A stretch of DNA of 64,000 bases from Eledone cirrhosa (Eukaryota). Positions 30,396-40,665 of this stretch are shown here, piece by piece; within the stretch, counting starts at the first letter, position 1, and every line of letters starts with the position of its first letter. The stretch is from contig OZ024742.1 of NCBI GenBank assembly GCA_964016885.1, positions 377,642,001 through 377,706,000 on the forward strand, in the 5' to 3' direction. Made by a program: the position numbers and the translations under genes. A model generated the notes under the pieces. That model had not been told where the DNA came from, searched no databases, and saw nothing but the letters and a program-made list of their open reading frames with translations.

Positions 30396-30622
30396 AGATA
30401 AACCCCATACTACGAACTTCCAAAGAGTCTCGGTCTACCAAATTTCACTCACAATACATGGGTCGACACGAGGAGAAGGTAAATGACATTTGCCCAAGAT
30501 GACACCCGGAACCAAATAACCAGGAAGTGAACCTCTTAACCATTTGACCAGAGGGAAGTTGAACTGAGAATGTAAAGTGACGAACTACTTTGGCGAATGA
30601 AGACGATGATGGATGTAGCGAT

Positions 30623-30955
30623 GTGTGTGTGACGGCTTGTGTGTGTGTGATGGTTTGTGTGTGTGTGTGAGAGAGAGAGGGTATGTGTGTGTGTGAGGGT
30701 TTGTGAGTGTGTGTATGTGAGTGTGTCTGTATGTGATGGTTTGTAAGTGTGTGTGTTTGCGAATGAGTGTGTGCGTGTGTGTTTGTTTGAGTGTGTGTGT
30801 GAGTGTTAGTGTGTGTGTGTTTGTGTGAGTGTGTGTGTTTGTGTGTGAGTGTGTGTGTGTGTGAGTGTGTGTGTAAGTGTATGTATATGTATGTGTGTAA
30901 GTTTGAGCATATGTGTGTGCGTTTGTGTGTGTGAGTGTATGTGTTTGTGTGTGTG
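30623..30955. repeat. Imperfect (GT)n microsatellite
   Basis: Direct reading. It accounts for the HT-rich ORFs. Confidence 0.9.
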
Positions 30956-31137
30956 AAATGCGGAGTTCGATTCCCTGTAGTGACACTGGCCACCTTTTCT
31001 TGTCCATTTTACTCGATTTTCTAAGCTGTTATTTATAGCAATCGACTGCTTTTACAGTAGTTTTCTGTATTTAGGACGCCTACATTTTCTATAAATTTCA
31101 TATATATACATACACAATACATACAAACATACATGCA

Positions 31138-31174
31138 TCTCTCACTCTTTCTTTCTCTCTCTCTCTCTCTCTCA

Positions 31175-31216
<42 letters not shown>

Positions 31217-31217
31217 G
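31138..31217. repeat. (CT)n(TA)n compound microsatellite
   Basis: Direct reading. Confidence 0.9.
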
Positions 31218-31437
31218 TACAGTATTTACGTATCGAGAAAGAGAAAGAAAGGGGAGGATAGGTGATACATATAGTTATTTGCCAAGTAGCGTATGCCAAA
31301 GGTGCTCGATACTAGTGCCGGCAGTATTAAATATTCGAAGTGTTAATATTTAGTAGGCTAGAGAGTTAGCAGAGCGTAAGCACGTGGGAAAGTAAAAAAT
31401 CGGAGAATAGACCGTTAAAACATGTTTATTTAAAACA

Positions 31438-31477
31438 GCACCTACGTACGTTTCGCCCAGTTGGGCTTCTCAAGGGC
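31438..31477 (-). ncRNA. Minimal type I hammerhead ribozyme, U3-A8 core variant
   Basis: Minus strand reads GCCC-TTGAGAA-GCCC aact GGGC-GAAA-CGTACG-TA-GGTGC. Stem III ACGTACGT is palindromic and the cleavage triplet is GUA. Confidence 0.7.
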
Positions 31478-32063
31478 ATAAATAATGAAAAGTCTTCCTT
31501 ATATTGCTCGGAAAGAGTTTTTGGGGTTAAATCCACATCAAGGTTCATTGCTCGCAAAAATAGCTTGGGTTGATTTTGCAGCAGGTCAAGGGAGGTAACT
31601 CCGGCCGGTGTTAGGGCAGTCTTTCCCGGACAATTTTTTTTTTTTTTTTGCCGCATCTGTTTGTCTGAGGCTGGGTCTGGTATGCAAGGATTGTTTCCTG
31701 GGTGTTATTTTGCAGCGCCTACCCGCCGGGGTATTAAGACTTGTTGCAGGGAGATCCGGTGTACGGTTTCACTCCTCATCCTTAACCCATCTGAAGAAGG
31801 ATATTTTTAAGCGATGTGTACAATATATATATGTATGTATAGTATATTTGGCAATATACTGTATCTTTAATTAAAAAACATTTAGAAGTCTATTCACTAT
31901 GATTTTTAATTTAGTGACTATATCACTTATTTAATCTCGGCAAAAGTAACAGACAGTGGCCGACAGTTTATTTCTCGCTTATGTTTTTAACTAAACATAC
32001 GGTATATTGCCAAATATACTATACATACATTCATGTATACATCACTATTTCAGAGCACCAATA

Positions 32064-32151
<88 letters not shown>

Positions 32152-32216
32152 AAAAGATGAAATCGAAAATGCAACTGGAGTCTTATTTTTAAAAATATAT
32201 ATATATTTATTTGGTT

Positions 32217-32254
32217 CCTTTGCCGGTTTCGCAGTTCTTCTGCTTTTCAAAAGT
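32217..32254 (-). ncRNA. Hammerhead ribozyme copy (U3-A8 core) with U16.1 changed to C
   Basis: Minus strand reads ACTT-TTGAAAA-GCAG aagaa CTGC-GAAA-CCGG-CA-AAGG. Confidence 0.5.
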
Positions 32255-32324
32255 AGAGTTGAGATGGAGGGTCTGTGGTTTTTCTCACATGTGAGAAAAA
32301 CCACAGACCCTCCATCTCAACTCA

Positions 32325-32362
32325 CCTTTTGAAAAGCAGAAGAACTGCGAAACCGGTAAACG
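32325..32362 (+). ncRNA. Minimal type I hammerhead ribozyme, U3-A8 core variant
   Basis: CCTT-TTGAAAA-GCAG aagaa CTGC-GAAA-CCGG-TA-AACG. The sister copies have AAGG, which completes stem I. Stem III ACCGGT is palindromic. Confidence 0.65.
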
Positions 32363-32489
32363 AACCAAATAAATATATATATTTAAAAAAAAAATGACTC
32401 CAGTTGCATTTTCGATTTCATCTTTTTTTCTTTATACTTTCACTCGTGTAGGATACCTCAGTTATTTTTCATTTTGTAAAAAACATCAC

Positions 32490-32555
<66 letters not shown>

Positions 32556-32636
32556 GAAAAGTATAGAAATTATTGTAGCAAGAAGCCAGCAGTATTCCAT
32601 AATATATAAGTGACTATAGCGTCAAATATATATATA

Positions 32637-32687
<51 letters not shown>

Positions 32688-32878
32688 AAGAAGTTAGTAT
32701 GCCCGTGAGTACTAAGTAACCCCGGAAATACATAGGTTGTCTATGATTTAAGGTTGTTCTATGGTATCAATTTGACATACCAGAACTATAATATTAATAT
32801 AAGCAGAACAAGCAAAATTCAACCAATTTTTTAAAATAAATTAAAAAATATAATTTAAATATTTACCTATTCTTTTGG

Positions 32879-32958
32879 CCCTTATCGATCGGTTTCGCCT
32901 TGTAAAACACTAGAGATCCAATGGATTTCTAATGGAAAATCAAGGCTCATCAGAGAAG
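32879..32958 (-). ncRNA. Hammerhead ribozyme, inverted copy of 33341-33420 with one stem III mismatch
   Basis: Minus strand reads CTTCT-CTGATGA-GCCTTG...CAAGGC-GAAA-CCGATCGA-TA-AGGG. Confidence 0.65.
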
Positions 32959-33340
32959 CATTTTCCTTTCCTAGGGCTAAAGACCCAGGAACGATAAAAT
33001 ATATTGTTATCTGCCAGCTAGCACAGATCCAAAAGGCCGAAAAATGACCTGTACGTGAACTACCCGAGGTGAAAGCGGGAAAAACATAGACGTGTTGTCT
33101 ATCTCGCTACTAAAAATAGCAGCTAAATAGAAACAACAGATTTGTTCTCACCATAACGGAGAGTAATAGAAGAAGTTAGTATGCCCGTGGGTACTAAGTA
33201 CCCCCGGAAATACATAGGTTGTCTATGATTTAAGGTTGTTCTATGGTATCAATTTGACATACCAGAACTATAATGTGCTAGCTGGCAGATAACAATATAT
33301 TTTATCGTTCCTGGGTCTTTAGCCCTAGGAAAGGAAAATG

Positions 33341-33420
33341 CTTCTCTGATGAGCCTTGATTTTCCATTAGAAATCCATTGGATCTCTAGTGTTTTACAAG
33401 GCGAAACCGATCGGTAAGGG
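33341..33420 (+). ncRNA. Type I hammerhead ribozyme with extended stem II
   Basis: CTTCT-CTGATGA-GCCTTG[..TAGAAATCCA t TGGATCTCTA..]CAAGGC-GAAA-CCGATCGG-TA|AGGG. Stem III ACCGATCGGT is palindromic. The predicted cut is after 33416. Confidence 0.8.
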
Positions 33421-33501
33421 CCAAAAGAATAGGTAAATATTTAAATTATATTTTTTAATTTATTTTAAAAAATTGGTTGAATTTTGCTTGTTCTGCTTAT
33501 A

Positions 33502-33574
<73 letters not shown>

Positions 33575-33579
<5 letters not shown>

Positions 33580-33674
33580 CAGAAGAACTGCGAAACCGGT
33601 AAAGGAACCAAATAAATATATATATTTAAAAAAAAAATAACACTCCAGTTGCATTTTCGATTTCATCTTTTTTT

Positions 33675-33678
<4 letters not shown>
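33575..33678 (+). mobile_element. Third, 5'-truncated copy of the 32.3-kb palindrome arm, embedded between two (TA)n arrays
   Basis: Near identical to 32332-32434 (AAAAGCAGAAGAACTGCGAAACCGGTAAAGGAACC...CATCTTTTTTTCTTTA). Confidence 0.85.
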
Positions 33679-33720
<42 letters not shown>

Positions 33721-33730
<10 letters not shown>

Positions 33731-34456
33731 CGTAAAATAAGAAAATTATAAAATTAACTTACTTACTAAAATATCACTTCCAACTAATTAGTTTCTGGAA
33801 TGGAATAAATATATTTTCCGAAGAAAATACAGAGAATCATTCCGTCGTCAGGGAAGACTATTCTCATCTAAGTATCCAGGCAAAGCGTGGACTCTGGAAA
33901 CTTATTAAAAAATTATTCAGTGGTTAGAAAATACCAAAGCGTGGACTGAATTCCTAGCCATTGAGAAAATCACTGCCTCTGCGTCGGTGGCAAATTCAAA
34001 AAGAATCAATCACGTGACATCGAGGTCAATCAGTGGAAAGTGGTTTGCTAATAAGACAGCAGCCTGCCTGCTACCACAGCAGCAGTCATGGCCAATATTG
34101 CTCGACAAATAATTTGGAGATAATTATAAAGAATTAATATCTAGTAACATATATATACATACAGATGCATATCAATGCTAGCAAATATATAGGTTTTGTC
34201 TTAGTAACTTTGTGGTTCAATGCATGGGGTTGCAGAACAATAATATGTGAGACGTAAAATAAGAAAATTATAAAATTAACTTACTTACTAAATATTTTAG
34301 TAAGTAAGTTAATTTTATAATTTTCTTATTTTACGTCTCTCATATTATTGTTCTGCAACCCCATGCATTGAACCACAAAGTTACTAAGACAAAACCTATA
34401 TATTTGCTAGCATTGATATGCATCTGTATGTATATATATGTTACTAGATATTAATT

Positions 34457-34463
<7 letters not shown>
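33721..34463 (-). mobile_element. (TA)n-flanked hammerhead element with a 522-bp unit, terminal redundancy and a fold-back palindrome with 168-bp arms
   Basis: 33721-33774 is repeated at 34243-34295 (offset 522). The palindrome arms are 34125-34292 and 34296-34463. A hammerhead lies at 33777-33856 on the minus strand. Confidence 0.75.
33777..33856 (-). ncRNA. Type I hammerhead ribozyme with extended stem II capped by a cUUCGg tetraloop
   Basis: Minus strand reads CTTCC-CTGACGA-c GGAATG[..TATTTTC TTCG GAAAATA..]CATTCC a-GAAA-CTAATTAG-TT|GGAAG. Stem I is a perfect 5 bp and stem III ACTAATTAGT is palindromic. Confidence 0.8.
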
Positions 34464-34514
<51 letters not shown>

Positions 34515-34519
<5 letters not shown>

Positions 34520-34659
34520 AACAAATATGACCCCGACCCCGACGGTAGAGCTCAAGCCGTTTCGACGGCTATTTCTGGACTAAGGTTAGGTTAGTCCAGA
34601 AATAGCCGTCGAAACGGCTTGAGCTCAGCCGTCGTGGTCGGGTCCATACTTGTTCCTAT
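34515..34659. repeat. Inverted repeat with arms of about 69 bp and a 7-nt loop (GGTTAGG), next to (TA)n
   Basis: Arms are 34515-34583 and 34591-34659. The inner 36 bp or so are perfect and the outer part has a few mismatches. Confidence 0.9.
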
Positions 34660-34857
34660 TACCCACTCTACTACACTAAGTATTGAGTACTTTGGTGCGT
34701 TATGGTCCATCTGGTTCCTTACCACAATTCCTTCGTTATATATATATATATATACAAAAGTAATACTAATCATACCAAGTGTGAAATAAATGTTCTACCG
34801 TGGGGAATACAAGAAATCTATTGATTTGTGCAGATCAATTTATAGGTGAGAAAATAC

Positions 34858-35476
34858 CTGTCAATATATCTATCTATCTAGAGCGGGTAAAATTCCCGAG
34901 ATCCATGGACGAGTTCTCTCCAGCGGTCTCTGTCCCTCATTATCGCTGCCATGTCCTGCGTCTCCAACAGACCAGTGTCTGTCCTTAGGGCATCAACATA
35001 CGTTAACCTTGGTCTTCCTCTTCCAGTGTGTCCATGTAGAGGCTTCCACAGGAGCACTGAGTGCAATATCAACTCTGGATGTCGGTGACCATGTCCAGTC
35101 TCCTCTGTGTCACTTTTGAGCTGACTTTTGGGAGGCTCCCATACAGCTCTGAGTTTTTCATCCTCAGTGTATACTGATTAATGTTCAGAGCCATACTCAG
35201 CGTTCTCGTGTAGCTCCCATCCACCATCTGACACCAAAGCCCAAGTCATTACACCTTATGAGATGACAGAGTCTTTGATATACTGGCTGGAGTGTTCCAG
35301 GGAGATACATTGGCTCCCTACCTGTTTATCATCGTAGTGGACTATTGTATGCGCCTTGCACTGGAGAAACACCAGGACTCTGGCTTTACTGTAGCACCGG
35401 CTCAGAGCAGGAGAGTTATGGCGAAAAAGATATCAGATGCTGAATTTGCCGACGACATAATTTTGCTGTCAATATA
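34858..35476 (-). mobile_element. RTE-clade-like LINE, 5'-truncated and 5'-inverted, with an 11-bp TSD
   Basis: Minus 34878-35230 encodes the C-terminus (..LLWKPLHGHTGRGRPRLTYVDALRTDTGL..MRDRDRWRELV*) followed by an (ATAG) tail. Plus 35230-35475 encodes RT motifs GVFQGDTLAPYLFIIVVD..FADD. CTGTCAATATA occurs at 34858-34868 and 35466-35476. Confidence 0.85.
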
Positions 35477-35606
35477 AGAATAACTAAATGAAGACAAATG
35501 AGAGAGGAGGCGGAAGGGGAGTTAGGGGAGAAAATAGAGATAACATGTATAAAGGGAGGGGGAGATCAAGCGTCTGAGTGTGATGAAATGAACAATAATA
35601 GCTGCA

Positions 35607-35743
35607 TACATATACATATACATATTCACACATACACACATACACATATTCACACATACACACATACATACACGCGCATACAGATACATATACACATACA
35701 CACATACATACATATACGAACGTATATACAAACACATACATAC
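35607..35743. repeat. Imperfect (CA)/(CATA)n microsatellite
   Basis: Direct reading. Confidence 0.85.
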
Positions 35744-35806
35744 AAAGGGGCACTGAAAATTTCCTGGCTTTGGGTAAAAGAAAAAACAGAAGGATCAGTT
35801 ATGATT

Positions 35807-37090
35807 TGACATTTTGAGAGCTTTCGGAGAAGGCTCCAACACTGATGTCATCTATCTTGATTTCAGCAAGGCATTTGACTGGGTTGATCACAACATTCTG
35901 CCGAAAAAACTATCCAACATTGGTGTCACTGGAAAGTTGCTGCAGTGGATCAAGTGTTTCCTGGAAAACAGAGCCCAACATGTTGTAGTCGAAGAAGTAC
36001 AGTCAAGCCCAGTCAAAATCAGCAGTGGTGTCCCGCAAGGCACTGTGTTGGGCTCACTTCTTTTCATTATCTATATAAATGATGTTACTGAGTCATCAAG
36101 CACAGTAACATAAGAATCTTTGCAGATGATTTCAAGCTCCAGATGGTCATCAATGAGGTGGGTGACCGGACTTGCCTTCAGTAAGACCTACTGGCTGTTA
36201 TCCAATGGGCAGAAAACAACATTATGCTGCTGAATGAGGATAAGTTCGAGTTAATCCACTGTGGAAAAGAGGGTGACCCGAAACTCTCATACTCTCTTCC
36301 TTCAGGTGAAACTTCCGTGGCATCCAACAGCAGAGACTTGGGAGTAATTGTGGACAACAACATAAGCTGGGCCACTCATATAAACAGCAAAGTTGACATG
36401 GCCCGCAGAATGTGTTCCTGGATTCTCATAAGCTTCCAGTCGAGAGATATCCACACTGTTATCCTTCTCTTCTCCACTTTTGCCCGACCCAACCTTGAAT
36501 ACTGTTGTCCACTGGTCTCCCCACACGAAACAAAGTACCATGAAAGTTGAAGCACCCCAAAGGTCAATTACAAAAAAAGCTAGATGGCATGACAAGCCTT
36601 GACTATTGGAGTCGATTAGAAAAGCTCAAACTCTATTCTCTCCAACGTCGCCGTGGGCGCTACATTATCTGTATGAGGTGAAAAATATTCCATCAGCATT
36701 GCCCAAATGATGCTGGCATCACCTTTAAGGTACACCCAAGGCTCGGGCCCCGTGCTATCCGCCCACAACAAAAATCAAACTCGCATCTCATAACAACAAT
36801 ACAGCACAATTATTTCACTTCAATTGGCCCCGCTCTCTTTAACATTACACCAAAACACATTAAAACAGAAACAGACCCAATAAAACTTTTAAAAAGTCTT
36901 TGGAAAAATTCCTTCAAGAAATCCCAGATAAACCTCCTACACCCGGTTTTGTCTCCCTAAACTATAGCTCTCTGCTTGAGTGGACCATGGTGTCCAAATT
37001 CTGATTTGAAAGACTTCGCCAGATGGTGCTATTAAGTTAGACATGGCATGGGCCAATACTGGCCAAATCCTTTCAGAGTTATCAAAGTGA
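35807..37090 (+). pseudogene. Decayed CR1/L2-group LINE ORF2 3' fragment (reverse transcriptase to C-terminus) with a short 3' UTR
   Basis: Motifs in order: DVIYLDFSKAFD.VDH, SGVPQGTVLG.LLFIIYIND, FADD (after a frameshift), RDLGVIVD, RPNLEYCC, YSLQRRR and PDKP. There are internal stops and frameshifts, with the terminal stop near 37002. Confidence 0.9.
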
Positions 37091-37160
37091 GAAAGCCGTA
37101 GCTACGCAAAACACCGGGGCTATCACCCTCTGGTGGTGTCCAGCAGAAGCAAGGGGGACA

Positions 37161-37205
37161 ATGGTCGATGCATTTCGACCTTAACTGGTCCTCATCAGGA
37201 CGATC
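37161..37205 (-). ncRNA. Minimal type I hammerhead ribozyme
   Basis: Minus strand reads ATCGTC-CTGATGA-g-GACC agttaa GGTC-GAAA-TGCA-TC|GACCAT. Stem III ATGCAT is palindromic. Confidence 0.75.
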
Positions 37206-37306
37206 ACTCTCCCTCTTGCGACTGCTGGACTTGAAAATAGGCGAGAATATATGGTTTTCTATATATAGTGAGGGATACAGTGTTACTAGTTATGACCATC
37301 ATGACA

Positions 37307-37503
37307 ACACACACACACACACACACAGATACACACACACACGCACACACACACGCACACACACGCGCGCACACACACACACACATACACACACAGGCAC
37401 ACACGCACACATACATGCACACACGCACACACACGCGCACACGCACGCACACACACGCACACATACACACACATAGACATATATATATATATATATATAT
37501 ATA
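37307..37503. repeat. (CA)n/(TA)n compound microsatellite
   Basis: Direct reading. Confidence 0.9.
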
Positions 37504-38216
37504 AACGCTGATGCATTAATTAAAGCATTCAGCGTTATGCAGATCATCCATTGCAGGTGTGGCATCCCTTGATTGGTGCAAACACGGAGTGAAATATTCA
37601 ATAAAACAACACACACGCGCACACTCACACACACACACACACATACATATATATAAGAACAAAAATACACGCAAACATATATATATATATATGCGCACAA
37701 CAAAAACAATACATAAATATGTATGTATATGTGTGTGTGTGCGTGTGTTTATGTGTGTGATTGAGTGTATATTTATGTGTGTTGTGACATTTTGCTCGCT
37801 CTTTTAATGATTCTCCTAAACTTAGAATCTGTTCAGATATTCGTTATTGATATACATTATAAACCGTTGTGTTTCTGTAGGAGTTAGTCATCTACCTAAA
37901 AGGTTTTTATGATCCCAAAGTGCGACCAACATATCACAGAAAGCCACAATTGATTCACATCAATTGACTCAGAAAACGCATCGTTTGCTTTCGTTGAAGA
38001 GAAACAATATTGCCTCTCGTTGAAAGCTGCTTCATCGAACCTCCACTCTGCGTATAATATCTCTCTCTCTCTCTACTCTGATTGGTGCTTCTCTCTACGT
38101 CTCTTCGGATTGAAGAGATGTAGAGAAATACTTGCAGAATAATATTCTAGAATTAAAGGGAAAAGAAACAATTCAACAATTCACACCTTTCCTTAGTATT
38201 GTATTGCTCTCCATAT

Positions 38217-38272
<56 letters not shown>

Positions 38273-38422
38273 ATAATAAATGTGAAGACTATAATCCGAA
38301 GAGTGCTCGATATATATATAATATATAAATAAATATATAATATATATGTATATATATATATATATATATAGGCAAAATAATTAATGAAAGAGTTACAAGA
38401 CGTTAAATCATATCTTTATAAA

Positions 38423-38462
38423 GCTCTTACAGATGTTTCGCCCAATGGGGCTCGTCTGAGGC
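38423..38462 (-). ncRNA. Decayed hammerhead ribozyme (U4 changed to A)
   Basis: Minus strand reads GCCT-CAGACGA-GCCC catt GGGC-GAAA-CATCTG-TA-AGAGC. It lies between (TA)n arrays. Confidence 0.5.
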
Positions 38463-38495
38463 AGATATTAAGGCAAACTTTTAATTATAATTATA

Positions 38496-38554
<59 letters not shown>

Positions 38555-38638
38555 AAAGGTAAACAGAAATAACAACACAATCGGTACAGTATTTGGAAGA
38601 GATATATTAGGCTAACGCTTGATATAGCAGGAAGAGGG

Positions 38639-38674
38639 TCTTAACGTTTCGGAGATTAGTCCTTCATCAGAAGA
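38639..38674 (-). ncRNA. Minimal type I hammerhead ribozyme
   Basis: Minus strand reads TCTT-CTGATGA-a-GGA ctaatc TCC-GAAA-CG-TT|AAGA. Stem I is a perfect 4 bp and stem III AACGTT is palindromic. Confidence 0.7.
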
Positions 38675-38862
38675 AAGAATGAGAAATAAGATAGATTGAG
38701 GGGACGGGCGAGTTTGAATTGGAAAAAATGTTTTAGATAAAAATAACAGGTCCATTCATGTTGACATCTCTTGCAAAACTGTTGGTGTATGATTTATTTT
38801 TGAGAAAAGTGGATGATATGTGATATATATATATATCACATATCTTTATATCAGATATAAAG

Positions 38863-39305
<443 letters not shown>

Positions 39306-40149
39306 CTGATGAGCGATTTCAGACGCCTTTGTTGAGCTCGTCTGTTATCCTGAAACCTCTGGTAAATGGAATAATTGTCTTATGTTGTTTATTTCATAAT
39401 TAAATAGCTCTGTAGCATACATAGAGCACTCTCCTTTCCTTTACACTTCCTACGGAAATACTTCATATATATATATATATATAATATGTATAAATCGAAG
39501 TTGTAGCTACAATATAGCAGATACTAATCGAATTATTTATTTTAGGCAGTCACAAAGCACTCAATCGTGTGAAAACTTAATACATTTTCGTCCAGAGTAA
39601 ACACAAAGTTAAGAAAGTGTGACACCAAGAAAAGCGACCAAATGTGGCTATATTTATACCACAATAACGATAAATATAAACAGGTCAAAGACTAAACCGG
39701 AAGAGGAAGGTCAAGCTGGCCGAAATGTTGGCCGGTAAATTCAGGGTGTGAAGAAATATATTTTCAAAACCTCAAATAAAGGCTCTCAACTAGGATTTAT
39801 AAACAAAATCAATCTAATACATGAAAGGAGAATAATATTGATATGTATAAATGGAAGTTGTAGCCGTAATATAGCTGATACTAATATATAAACCTGTTTT
39901 AACTTGTTAACTACAAATCAGGAATTTCAATGTAATATTAATAGATAATGAAGATTGGGATATATACAAGGGAACCCTAACCTCATTCACTTCTATTCTT
40001 TTTAACTATAAATGAACAAATTCTCACTCAAAAACATATCTTGTCTCATTAGAAAGGTGGTGGGTATTGTCCCTAGAATATAGGGCTTCTGGGTGTTTGA
40101 AGGTATATTCAGTATAAAAGCGGTTCGAGAAAAAGAGATCAAGACTTGA

Positions 40150-40260
40150 AATTCAATATACTGGGATCGACGTGATTAAATGAAGGTGGTAACTCCAGCA
40201 TGGCCGCAGTCTGATGACTGAAACCACCAGTAAAATAATGAAACAGAATAAAAGAAAATA
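40150..40260 (+). mobile_element. SINE 3' tail fragment
   Basis: AAGGTGGTAACTCCAGCATGGCCGCAGTC..GACTGAAAC followed by an A-rich tail. It resembles a cephalopod SINE tail (from recall). Confidence 0.5.
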
Positions 40261-40284
40261 ACATATTTTCATTAAATTTCACTT

Positions 40285-40665
40285 TAAAGACCCCTTTCGG
40301 TACGAATGATCATGAGATTTGTAATTAGAATGTTCCTCTCCGAAGTTCGGGCAAGGTGTCACCTATACATACCAAACTCGCCTCTCCATACCACCAATGT
40401 TGTCCAAGAGAAAGGCCGATAAAGTTTGGCACCAGTGACATCATAACTCATATATATACATTATATATACACTTTATATATGATGTTGTCAAAGGGAAAA
40501 GACAATGGCTGATACAGCTTGGCACCAGTGACATTACAACTCATTTCTACAGCTAAATAAACTGGAGCAACGCGAAATAAAGTGTCTTGCTCAAGAACAC
40601 AACGCATTACCCGGTCTGAGAATCGAACTCACAACCTTCCGATTGTAAACCCAATGCCTGAATCA
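40285..40665 (-). mobile_element. tRNA-derived SINE (CORE/V-like central motif) with an internal duplication
   Basis: The minus strand has a B-box GTTCGATTC followed by GTGTTCTTGAGCAAGACACTTT. TTGGCACCAGTGACAT..AACTCAT is duplicated near 40425 and 40519. Confidence 0.7.

Larger units (their letters stand above)
32151..32427. repeat. Spacer-less palindrome with arms of about 139 bp, next to (TA)n, with a hammerhead motif in each arm
   Basis: The centre is CTCACA|TGTGAG at 32289/32290. The arms are reverse complements with a few mismatches. Confidence 0.95.
32686..33508. mobile_element. (TA)n-flanked non-coding hammerhead element (Penelope pLTR-like or retrozyme-like) with layout A-B(inverted)-C-A-B
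   Basis: Direct repeat at 32687-32792 and 33169-33274 (offset 482). Inverted repeat at 32791-33025 and 33274-33508 (235 bp). Each B contains a hammerhead. Confidence 0.7.

Noticed and set aside
30960-31015. B-box GTTCGATTC suggesting a tRNA gene
   Set aside because: There is no cloverleaf or A-box. It is more likely a SINE head remnant.
31791-31830. CTGAAGAAGG possible hammerhead core
   Set aside because: There is no paired stem II or GAAA downstream.
31426-31874. Short ORFs of 76 and 88 aa in non-repetitive sequence
   Set aside because: They have no recognisable domain, and one runs through a hammerhead motif and a poly(A) run.
34582-34594. TTAGG-like telomeric repeat in a hairpin loop
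   Set aside because: It is only about two units, too short to support a telomere link.
38092-38126. 15-bp hairpin TCTCTACGTCTCTTC/GAAGAGATGTAGAGA
   Set aside because: The inverted repeat is real but low-complexity (CT/GA) and isolated, so no function can be supported.
39306-39340. CTGATGA-GCG..CGC possible hammerhead
   Set aside because: No GAAA or stem III follows, so it is at most a remnant.
40206-40226. CTGATGA-CT-GAAAC resembling a hammerhead core
   Set aside because: There is no room for stem II. It is the CAGTC/GACTG hairpin of the SINE tail.
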